Assembly: GCA_951406725.2 (NCBI GenBank)
Contig: OX597814.1
Span: 220,844,001 to 220,908,000 of the forward strand
Length of the DNA stretch: 64,000 nt
From: Octopus vulgaris
Taxonomy: Eukaryota
Direction: 5' to 3'
A program made the position numbers and the translations under genes. The notes beneath the pieces were generated by a model that did not search any database, had not been told where the DNA came from, and was given only the letters and a program-made list of their open reading frames with translations. Shown piece by piece: positions 53,578 to 64,000 of the stretch. The number at the start of each line of letters is the position of its first letter. The stretch's first letter is position 1.

Positions 53578-53905
53578 ATAGTATAAATAATAATCAAGAG
53601 AACAGAGATTTTCCACGTCTTTAATTTTATTAAACGGTTAAGTACAGTATTTTTTCTTGGACCTACGCGCGTTTCAACTGTATCGACTGCACATTGTTAG
53701 TTATGTATCCTGGTCACTTTGTACGGTAGTAAATAATGGACCCTGATGAAACTGTACCTACGGTGGCACTAGTATGCTTATCTTACAATGTAAAGTCGAT
53801 CCAGTTGAAACACGCGTAGGTCCAGGAAAGCATGCTGCAAATAGCTGTTTAATAAAACTATGGATGTGGAAAAATCTCCGTTCTCCTGATCATTATTAAT
53901 ACTAT
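53578..53905. mobile_element. Imperfect fold-back of two diverged pLTR-like copies
   Basis: 53578-~53728 pairs with ~53755-53905 (e.g. tggacctacgcgcgtttcaactg / cagttgaaacacgcgtaggtcca). Confidence 0.8.
53737..53824 (+). ncRNA. Type I hammerhead ribozyme, intact core, long loop 2
   Basis: tggacc-CTGATGA-aactg-(~47 nt)-cagtt-GAAA-CACGCG-TA-ggtcca. Confidence 0.82.
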
Positions 53906-53913
53906 ATATATAA

Positions 53914-54312
53914 GGCGGCGAGATAGCAGGATCGTTAGCACGCTGGACTAAATGCTTAGCGGTATTTCATCTGCCGCTACGTTCTGAGTTCAAATTCCGC
54001 CGAGGTCGACTTTGCCTTTCATCCTTTCAGGGTCGATTAAATAAGTACCAGTTACGCACTGGGGTCGATATAATCGACTTAATCCGTTTGTCTGTCCTTG
54101 TTTGCCCCATCTGTGTTTAGCCCCTTGTGAGTAGTAGAGAAATAGGTATTTCGCCCGTCTCTAAGTTCTGAGTTCAAATTCCGCCGATGTCGACTTTGCC
54201 TTTCATCCTTTCAGGGTTGATAAATTAAGTACCAGTGAAACATTGGGGTCGATATAATCGACTAGTCCCCATCTCACAAATTTGAGGCCTTATGCCTCTA
54301 GTAGAAAGGATT
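53914..54312 (+). mobile_element. Dimeric family B SINE
   Basis: Head, core, linker, second core, tail. Confidence 0.85.
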
Positions 54313-55360
54313 GTTAATACTATATATATATATATATATACATATATATAATACAACTTTATATATAAAGAACGTGAAATACACGAAGTGACGAACACGG
54401 AAAACAGACAGTCATTCGAAGCCTTCATTCTTCAGTCAGAAACCGAATTATCATGGCAAATTTCGGCTGTTTAATTCTGAGATTTGCTCCAAATCGGCCA
54501 GCCCCAAGGAAAAACTAAGCTGTGCGCATTAGATTTCTTTGGTAGAAGGAAAGAATGTGAACGCAACAGAGACGAATATGAAAACAAGAAACGAAGACAA
54601 AATTGGAAACAGTAACGGTTAAAAAGAATGACAAGGGGCGTCTTACGACTTTGAGACAAAATGAGACAAAAACAATTGATCAGCAAGCGTGGAAAACAAT
54701 TACCTTTTCGGTAGAGGTGACACGTGTAGAACAGGCGGCTATCGCCAACGGAATGGCTTAGAAGCAGCAGGTTTCAAGAAGGTGAGAGAGAGAGAGAGAG
54801 AAAGGGGGTAAGAGAGAGAGAGAGAAAGAGAGACAGAGGCAGATGCCCACTCATATATATTCACTATGATTTCGCATTGGCAACACCATTTACAAAGCAA
54901 CAGAAAGTCGACGATATAGCATGTAAGTACTATCAATGTCCACCACAGAGGTAGTAACGATAAAGTCTGTAAGACTTATGTCTACCCTCCTTCCCAATGT
55001 CACAGAATACATTAAAAAGAAATTTCGAATCTGACGCAAAAAATTTATAAATCATTTAGTATACTATGTACGCTGTCAGAAACACTTTATGGAACTAAAA
55101 CAGTTTATCATCACGCACGGCATTCACTCATCAATAAGTTGGTAAATGTTTTTTTTTTAACTAACTCAACACAGAACAGCCAATATTTCAAATTAATCTC
55201 AGATCAGATTCAATACAGCCCACCACAAAGGAGGTGGTCTTATATCATTCATAATACTTTGCGTTCAGTACTTTCATAAATACCACAAATGACATTGATA
55301 AACTAATAAGCGGCGACAATATATTAAAAGTTCAGGCTGTTTTAATTAATTCTAACCACA

Positions 55361-55499
55361 GGCGCAGGAATGGCTGTGTGGTAAGTAGATTGCTTACGAA
55401 CCCCATGGTTTCGGGCAAGTGTCTTCTACTGTAGCATCGGGCCTAGCAAAGCCTTGTGAGTGGATTTGTTAGACGGAAACTGAAAGAAGCCCGTCGTAC

Positions 55500-55551
<52 letters not shown>

Positions 55552-55761
55552 TAGTGTGTCTGTGTCTGTCCCCCCGACATTGCTTGACAACCGATGCTGG
55601 TGTGTTTACGTCCCCGTAACTTAGCGGTTCGGCAAAAGAAACCGATAGAATAAGTACTAGGCTTCCAAAGAATAAGTCCTGGGGTCGGTTTGCTCGACTA
55701 AAGGCGGTGCTCCAGCATGGCCACAGTCAAACAACTGAAACAAGTAAAAGAGTAAAAGAGT
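55361..55761 (+). mobile_element. SINE family A
   Basis: Matches the consensus with a small internal deletion, and has an (agtaaaag)n tail. Confidence 0.9.
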
Positions 55762-56472
55762 ACATGAAGCATATAGTAAACAAAATTTATATCTGAACCG
55801 ATCTCACCAATCGTTCCATAAGGTTACACATCCTAATCTACAACACTGTAACACTCTTACAAAAGCAATCGTCGAGGGAAGCTTCAATGCACCAAACGAC
55901 GCCTCTTGATTTTGAAATAGTACGGATAATAGAAGTCATATGCTAGCATCAAACAAAAGTCTCTCTCCATGCTAAGCATCTCAGCCCCAAGACATTCATA
56001 CCTCACTAAGGCAATTACAAGATACTTCCACACATCCTAGCTACCAAAACCATTTGTCAAACCATTCTTCAATTCCCTCAGATCACCTGCTAATTTGCAT
56101 CACAGCACACTAACACAACAATATGGTAAGTGATACCTCTTTGAAAAATATATAAGAAAACGTTGTCCAGAAGAAATACGTCCCACCAGGAAACAGAATC
56201 AAGATTTTTCAAAATTCATTAATAATGCAACCTTTGGCATAGACTCTGCGGTAAACACATTCAACAAAATGATTACTGAGTCACAAAAACAAAGAAAAAA
56301 AAACATATCCTCTAAGTTCAAAATTTTAAGTCACCAAATACACGTGAAGGAAAGCTTACCCCATGAAACCCCAAAACAACATCAAACACAATGCATAGTA
56401 CTATACACAACCGAAATAAGGCTTGGTCTCAGACAACTAAGCAAGGGAATTACATTAAATGATATATAAATA

Positions 56473-56992
56473 CCGTAAATCCTCGAGTATAATCCGCATT
56501 TCCCACCAAAATTTAAAGGTCAAAATCCCTAGTACGTACTATATACGAGGTTAAAAATGAAAAATATTTTCTAAGCAATGTCCGAGTCTCTATTTGCTGT
56601 CCGGCAATGTTTATTCAGGCGCATTTTGTGATGTCGGGTGCGAAAATACCTTAAGCTAAGCCCGAAAGCAATGAAGTCATAAAAGAATCATCCATAACTT
56701 GCAATAAGCAACATTTATTAAACGTTATTACTGTTATTACTGTTATTTCTTTATTTTCTGCAAATAAAATGCACAAAAAAGCTACACGTTTGCATTATGT
56801 TATATATACAATAATAATAAAGGACGTTACCGTATACGTTTTTACAAACCAAGGACGTTAGATAGACCTCCTTAACTCAAGTTAGAGAAGGGGTGCGTAT
56901 TATACACAAGGTTTAGGTTTTTCAGAGGTACAGCCCCCTAAAAGTCCCCTGCGTATTATACTGAAGGGCGGACTATACTCGAGGATTTACGG
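56473..56992. mobile_element. pogo/Tigger-like MITE with TA TSD
   Basis: TA|CCGTAAATCCTCGAGTATA ... TATACTCGAGGATTTACGG|TA, with subterminal gcgtattatac repeats. Confidence 0.9.
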
Positions 56993-57109
56993 TAAACTAT
57001 AGAAAATCAGAGAACTAGAAAGCATTTGTAGCAATTAGAATTCACTAAACACCGAAGCAGTAAACGACTTTGACAACAGCTGTCACGAGACAATTCATAT
57101 CGAAAAACC

Positions 57110-57856
57110 ATCAATTTTGAGGGGAGGGGAAATCAATTGCCTCGTTTCAGTGCTTAACAGGTGTTTTATTTTATCAACCTCGAAAGTCTAAATGGTAAAG
57201 TTGACCACAGTAGAATTTGAACTCAGAACGTAAAGATCAGGATGAAATACCACTAAGCAATTTTCTTGACTTGCTGACGATTCTGCTGGCCCACCATCCC
57301 GCAACAACATCATATATATTCTTTTCTACACTAGATACAAGGCCCGAAATGTTTCGGAAGGGGGTCAGTCGATTAGATCGACCCCAGTACGACCCTGAAA
57401 GGATGAAAGGCAAAGTCGACCTCGGCGGAATTTGAACTCAGAACGTAGCGGCAGACGAAATACCTATTTCTTTACCACCACAAGGGGCTAAACACAGATA
57501 TGACAAACAAGGACAGACAAACGGATTAGGTCGATTATATCGACTCCAGTGCGTAACTGGTACATATTTAATCGACCTCGAAAGGATGAAAGGCAAAGTC
57601 GACCTCGGCGGAATTTTAACTCAAAACGTAAAGACAGGCGAAATACCTATTTCTTTACTAACCTCAAGGGGCTAAACACAGAGGAGACAAACAAGGACAG
57701 ACAGACGAATTAAGTCGATTATATCAACCTCAGTACGTAACTGGTACTTAATTTATCGACCCCGAAATGATGAAAGGCAAAGTCGACCTCGGCAGAATTT
57801 GAACTCAGAACGTAAAGCCAGGCGAAATACTAAGCATTTCGCCCGGCGTGCTGACA
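57110..57856 (-). mobile_element. Multimeric family B SINE array
   Basis: Three ~180-bp core+linker units plus a further decayed copy. Confidence 0.85.
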
Positions 57857-58347
57857 ACATCATATATATTGTCCACATTACAACACCAAGTAAGCGTGCT
57901 TGTAACACACTTCTAGCAGATCTCTCCCGAAAATCCAAAAGAACAAACACTACGAATATGAATACAAATTTAAAAAAACATATACATTCCATCTAGCCTA
58001 TGATATTTCACCACTTCTTTCCATTAGCACAAAGAAATAGGAAAATTTAAAACCTAAAAATCCTCAGGACCAGAGAAAATCACAAGCATCCACCTAAAAC
58101 ATCTACGATTTGAATATCTACAACTACGTGTAACAAACAGTGTTAAATTCTCAAAATGTGGAACCTGGGCAAAATAATAACAACCTATGAAAAGCTCAGC
58201 ATCATACAGACCCATCAACTTCCTATGTACACATTTAACTTTTCTAGAAGGGCTGATCATTGATATCAAGAGCCTAAGTTATCCTCTTCAAATCCCATCA
58301 CCCTACTGACGAACCTATCACAGAGAATACATAATAGCTTAACAAAG

Positions 58348-58563
58348 TATTGGTTTCAAATTTTGGGGCAAGGTCAATAAGTTCGGGTGAGGGGGCTAAG
58401 TCGATTACATCGATCCCAGTATTCAACTGGCACTTATTTTAACGAACCCAATAAAATGAAAGACAAAGTCGATTTCGGCAGAGTTTGAACTCAGAACGTG
58501 AAGACGTACAAAATACCGGTAGGCATTTCGCCCGATGCTCCAACCATTTCCAGCTTGCTGCCT
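58348..58563 (-). mobile_element. SINE family B
   Basis: Matches family B in reverse orientation. Confidence 0.8.
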
Positions 58564-59003
58564 TATAGCTTAACAAAATATTAACTATCATCGATATCCG
58601 AAAAAATTCCGATTCCATTTCACGCTATGTACTTAAGCAAAACATATTTGACACAACCATAAAAAACATCACAAGCCAATGTTATTTACAAGAACAACTC
58701 TTTCAGAATTTGCAATTTATCGAATAGAATACAAAAGGGATCTATCATCTTATCCATTCTCTTTTCAAGTTCTTTCCAATACATAATACAAATACATACA
58801 CATGGCGTCGTACTTATATATTCTGCCTACTGCTTGATAAATCTTTTCGAAATTTTGCTCCACAACGACAGAATTAAACAAAAATAGTATACAAACAATA
58901 CCTTAGATACATCATCGTCCCCAAATTCCGCACAAGAAACCAGAAGAAACTACAAAATGTACAAAACAATGAGCTATTTATCATCTCAGGTTATATGCAC
59001 AAA

Positions 59004-59075
59004 CCACAGCGAACATTTTACAAATGGAAAAAAGTGGAAGGCCACAGCGAACATTTTACAAATGAAAAAAAGTGG
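59004..59075. repeat. 38-bp tandem duplication
   Basis: ccacagcgaacattttacaaatg(g/a)aaaaaagtgg occurs twice. Confidence 0.9.
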
Positions 59076-60130
59076 GGCACAATTTGTTGGCGCAGTAACA
59101 ATACTCACAATCGTCGTCATTGCATGCAAAAACCCCTTCCAAAAACATAGACACATATATAGCACCCTAGAACACCAATATAACGGTATCCAAAAGCACA
59201 CTATCTTTCCCGCTTGTAAAAATAATTTCAATATTTCGAGCATCAAGTCACTCGTCTCAAATATTGTACAGAGATGTATACCATTGACAAGTAGACAGAA
59301 ACAGCAATAGTTGTGTTGTATTCGGGTTTACCTTGTATGTCTCCATTGTAGCTACCACGAGAATCTGCTGACATATGATGGATTGCGGGAAGAGTTTTTA
59401 TCCCAAAACATCTCGCTGTGATTTTTATCAGATTGTGTGGGATGACCCTCAACTATCATCTAGATGGAGATGCAGTACATCTTGGACTATGGATCCGCGG
59501 CTTGCGATTTACTGTTGGGTTGGAGTTTACTGCATGTATCTGTTTGATCAGAACTGGCTTAGACTCTCTCTCTCTCTCTTACACACGCAATTTCTTTAAT
59601 ACCCAGGACGAACTGACAAAGATAAGAAACATAAAACACATTGGGGACATAAAACGCCCCCCCCCCAAAAAAAAAGACAAAAAACGTATGATAAAAATGA
59701 GAGGGTGAAAAATGAAAGATGAAAGTGATGTTACCCGTCCCATTGGATAACATCACTTACCCGTCCTCTTATCCTATGTCCTCCTCTTACAGTATTTCAG
59801 AACATTATGTAGTCCTCTAGTTTCACCCCATACCGCTTCTCAAGTTCATATCTCTTGTCAGAGTTTATACTCTTCCTTACTAACATATAAACGTTGTTAA
59901 GTTCTTCTCCAAGTTCTTTTACTTGGTTCCTTGTTAATAATACTTCCACACGCCCATCCTCATCCCAGCTGTCTGTAATTTAACCTTTCCCCAATCCTTC
60001 AATATTTCAAATAAATCCTACAAATAAATCTGCGGGACGGGAATCCTGTATGTCTGTTTTCTGTTTTCTTGTTGGAGGGGAGTGGGTAGGTTTAGTGTCT
60101 GCAGAGGAAGGCTGGGGCGAAGAGGGTGGA

Positions 60131-60166
<36 letters not shown>

Positions 60167-61875
60167 CCACACACCCACACACACCTAGAATGTGACGAGC
60201 CAACAAGAGAGCCTTTATGGGATCATCCATCCCACTAGAGAAAGTAACCAAATATTTAAATCGCACAATGCCATGTTAAAAACGAACGGATATATTAGAC
60301 AATGTGGTCATATATATATATGTATATATATATATATACTGTGTCTGAACAAAAGACGAGACGGCAATGGCTGTTATGCATTAACTCAACCCGAGTTAAC
60401 CTTTACGTCGTCATTTTAACGAGTCTTTGGGCATAAAGAACACAATAGACAAGTTTTCCAGTACTCCTCCTCAGTCTAGAATCTCCAGTGTCCTGGTTGA
60501 ATATTGTATGTTTTCCCTCTATTGGTTATGATTTCAAGTTTCTCTCATTAGTAACGTATATAATATGATCAAGCACACCAATGATCGAAGGTCTTGCAAC
60601 CTTGAACATACAAATGTACTTGAGTGTACCTCTGACTCTAACGTTCACAATTTTTCTCTTTTTTTTTAAAGACGATTGGATGTGATTTGAGGACGATTAG
60701 GCTGTTATTTTTGCTAGGTTGGGTGGCTGCAGAAAGGCTTTTTCTTTGGTTGTTTACGGATTACATGCGTTAGTTTCTGCATAAAGTAAAAGAAAAAAAA
60801 GCGAAACAAAACAGACGGAATTTGTAAAGACTCCAGTATGTTCAGACTACAATATAACAATACTGCCTTCACTCCCAATATAAGATTAACCATTGCATGA
60901 TGGGATTAGCAATGATTAATTACAATCAATATCTACGCAGTTGTTCAGCTTGCAGGAAAGAACGACGAAATACGCTTCCCATTACACATTATTGTCGTAA
61001 AAAGAGAAACTACGCAGACATTGTAATCATAGGTAGAGAAAAGTAGGGAGTGCTCAAGGATGAAACTCCTTTGATCATAGATCTGCTTTTTCATTTCACA
61101 CATGGCGCTAACAACAGGAGCCTTTAATCATAAAGGGAAACCAGAACCCATATAGAATAATATGTTTAAAGGGAACACTAGGGACTCTAGACTGAGGTAC
61201 TAGAAAAGGCTTTCAGCTGTCTACTTCATGCACAAAGACATAGGTGAACATAGCACGTTATGATAACAAAGCTCTCACTGATTACGCAATTATCTAACTC
61301 ATTATAGTGGAGTGTTATACAAAACTCTATACTCCAGTTAGGTACAGGTATGATGGGTCTTTAGCAAGAAATCCTGTAAGGTGCAAGGGATTTTTTGCCC
61401 TGGCCATAACTAAAGATTTCTATTACGACTGACGGATGCCAAGATAGATTCAGGTTTATTAAAGCGTGGAGCATTTTTTACATAACCCGTAAGGACACGG
61501 TATTTCGTAAGGCAACCATAATATACTACAAAGAATATTAAACGTTTTTACATGTCAGTACCGTGTCCAACGGTGATTGTACAGTTACATCCTGAAATAT
61601 GGCATAAACACCTATTACCTATTTTTCATCTTCAATCTCATTGTTTGTTTACATCATGTGTCTCACAGAAGAAACATCGTAACAAAATCAATGCTGGCTA
61701 TAACTCCTATAGAAAATCTATCAAGATAACCTTAACAAGTGATGTAAAGTGCACAGCTAACACAGTAGAACACGGTGTTGACTAATAAAAACGTTTAATA
61801 TACTTTGTAGCAGATTATGATTGCATGACGAAATACCGTGTTCCTGCAAGTTATTAATATTTATGTACCCGTAAA

Positions 61876-62649
61876 GTGGCGAGCTGGCAGAATCGTTAGC
61901 ACGCCGGGCGAAATGCTCAGCGGTATTTCGCCTGCTGCTATGTTCTGAGTTCAAATTCCTTCGGGGTCATAAATTAAGTACCAGTTACGCACTGGGGTCG
62001 ATAAAATCGACTTAATCCCTCTGTCTGTCCTTGTTTTTCCCTACTGTGTTTAGCCCCTTGTGGGTAGTAGAGAAATAGGTATTTCGTCTGCCGCTACGTT
62101 CTGAGTTCAAATTCCGTCGAGGTCGACTTTGCCTTTCATCCTTTCGGGGTCGATTAAATAAGTACCAGTTACGCACTGGCGTCGATATAATCGTCTTAAT
62201 TTGTTTGTCTGTCCGTGTTTGTCTCCTCTGTGTTTAGCCCCTTGTGGGTAGTAAAGAAATAGGTATTTCGTCTGTCTATACGTTCTGAGTTCAAATTCCG
62301 CCGATGTCGACTTCACCATTCATCCTTTCAGGGTCGATAAATTAAGTATCAGATTCGTACTGGGGTCGATCTAATCGACTGGCCCCCTTCCCCAAAATTT
62401 CGGGCCTTGTGCCTAGAGTAGAAAAGATTCATAAGGCGGCGAGTTGGCAGGAACGTTAGCACGCCGGGTGAAATGCTTGGCAATATCTCTTCTGTCTTGA
62501 CGTTCTGAATTCAAATTCCACCGCGGTCGACGTTGCCTTTCATCCTTTCGACGTCGATAAATTAAGTACCAGTTACGTACTGGTGTCTATCTAATCGACT
62601 GGCTCCCTCCCCCAAAATTTCGGGCCTTGTGCCTAGAGCAGCAAAGAAT
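61876..62649 (+). mobile_element. Trimeric family B SINE followed by a monomer
   Basis: Head, then core-linker twice, core and tail. A second head starts at about 62434. Confidence 0.85.
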
Positions 62650-63741
62650 ATTTACGTACCAGCTTCCAATATGTAGAATTAGTATATCCAATAACGTTAC
62701 ATCGCTATATTTAGTGGCCATTTAATCAATGTGTTCATGGATGATTAATGGGTTGGATGTGTGCTAATGAAGGAGCATAACATCCTGAAATATCTCATAT
62801 ATGCTCATTACCCACTTTTCATCTTCGATCTTATAATCTCATTGTTTCCATTATGCGTCTCGGATATGAAACGTTGTAAGAAAATCGGTGTTGGCTATAA
62901 TTTCTATGAAAATTCTGCAGAGATAACCTTAACAAGTGATGTTTTTAAATATCGTCAGGCTATCGTATACCTTGGCCAAATTTCTGTCATGTTCTACAGC
63001 AGATACAAAATGGAAAAGAACATATAGTGCAGGTTTTTTAGTTCAGGCTTGCTGCAACTATTTTCTTGCGCTGTTGCACAAGACGTAAAACTTCGATGTT
63101 GGTAGTATATTTATCGTATAGGAATGTTACTTGAGGTAAAGTACGACTTCATCTCAGAACAGATATTTCCCTCCATTCTGTTTTCAGACTAAAGTTAATC
63201 AATGATCTTATGAATGTCCTGGTAAAAAATCGAAGTTCTAAGAGACATTCACCTTTGTCCTTTAATGAAAGCATGTTTTTTGGCGTCGAGGTTATTGTAC
63301 GGTGTAGATTAAGTGCAAAGTTCGTAGGATGCTTTAGCCTTCTAGAAAAATGACATTAATACCAGTAAATATCTGATATATATATACTTAAGAAAAGGAA
63401 GCTACACGAATTAAGATTATTCAAAAATTATGTCTGGTTCATTATTTGGCCTGGAGGGAAAGAAAATTTACATACATATATTCAGTTATGGCATCTTTGA
63501 TTTTGGAGAAGACGGAATTCTGTAGGTGATGGGGAGACACTACTGAATACATACCCACTTATTACCGTTTCTTTCTCAGAAATAGTAGAATATGCATTCT
63601 GAGTTCAAGTTCTAAAGAGATAGGTTTCATGTTTCACGTTCAATAAAAGAAGAACCAGTCAAGTACCGTTAACTACATCGCTTACATATAGTTTCGACAT
63701 TTTGTAAATGTAAAAAAAAAAACAAAACAAACAACAACCAA

Positions 63742-63906
63742 GGCGCAGGAGTGGCTGTGTGGTAAGTAGCTTGCTAACCAACCACATGGTTCCGGGTTCA
63801 GTCCCACTGTGTGGCACCTTGGGCAAGTGTCTTCTACTATAGCCCCGGGCCGACCAAAGCCTTCTGGGTTGATTTGGTAGACGGAAACTGAAAGAAGACC
63901 GTCGTA

Positions 63907-63998
<92 letters not shown>

Positions 63999-64000
63999 CC
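63742..64000 (+). mobile_element. SINE family A, cut by the window end
   Basis: ggcgcaggagtggctgtgtggtaagtagcttgctaacc... Confidence 0.9.

Larger units (their letters stand above)
55780..59300 (-). mobile_element. Very decayed L1/Tx1-like LINE ORF2 remnant, fragmented by a MITE and SINEs
   Basis: Strong A/C skew on the plus strand, with weak APE-like and LDG-like traces on the minus strand. Confidence 0.35.

Noticed and set aside
57320-57856. Regularly spaced repeats resembling a CRISPR array
   Set aside because: The whole ~180-bp unit repeats, there are no unique spacers, and the context is a eukaryotic SINE.
59352-59421. Possible terminal exon after ttgtag (YHENLLTYDGLREEFLSQNISL*)
   Set aside because: The acceptor is weak, no homology is recognised, and it is adjacent to decayed LINE sequence.

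Overview
AT-rich, microsatellite-dense animal (eukaryotic) non-coding DNA. The tRNA-derived SINE families resemble those I recall from octopus (OK/OR-type SINEs), so this is probably a large intron or intergenic region of a coleoid cephalopod genome (inference). No intact protein-coding gene is visible, and almost all ORFs in the track come from microsatellites, SINEs or antisense TE sequence. The window holds four or five SINE families, decayed LINEs (R4/Dong, CR1-like, RTE, Tx1/L1-like), Penelope-like GIY-YIG remnants, a Tc1/mariner remnant, pogo/Tigger-like MITEs and non-autonomous Helitrons. Three observations stand out. (1) At least a dozen minimal type I hammerhead-ribozyme motifs from several unrelated families occur, four with an intact CUGANGA/GAAA/NUH core (10341, 43083, 52924, 53737); most sit about 45-110 nt upstream of an element end that abuts (TA)n, often with no coding sequence nearby and sometimes as fold-back pairs. 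(2) Two young (~98% identical) 320-370 bp inverted duplications bracket an ~11 kb block and both lie at rearrangement junctions. (3) A 55-nt candidate exon with a perfect TACTAAC branch point lies inside that block. All coordinates were read by eye, and the ends of decayed elements are approximate.
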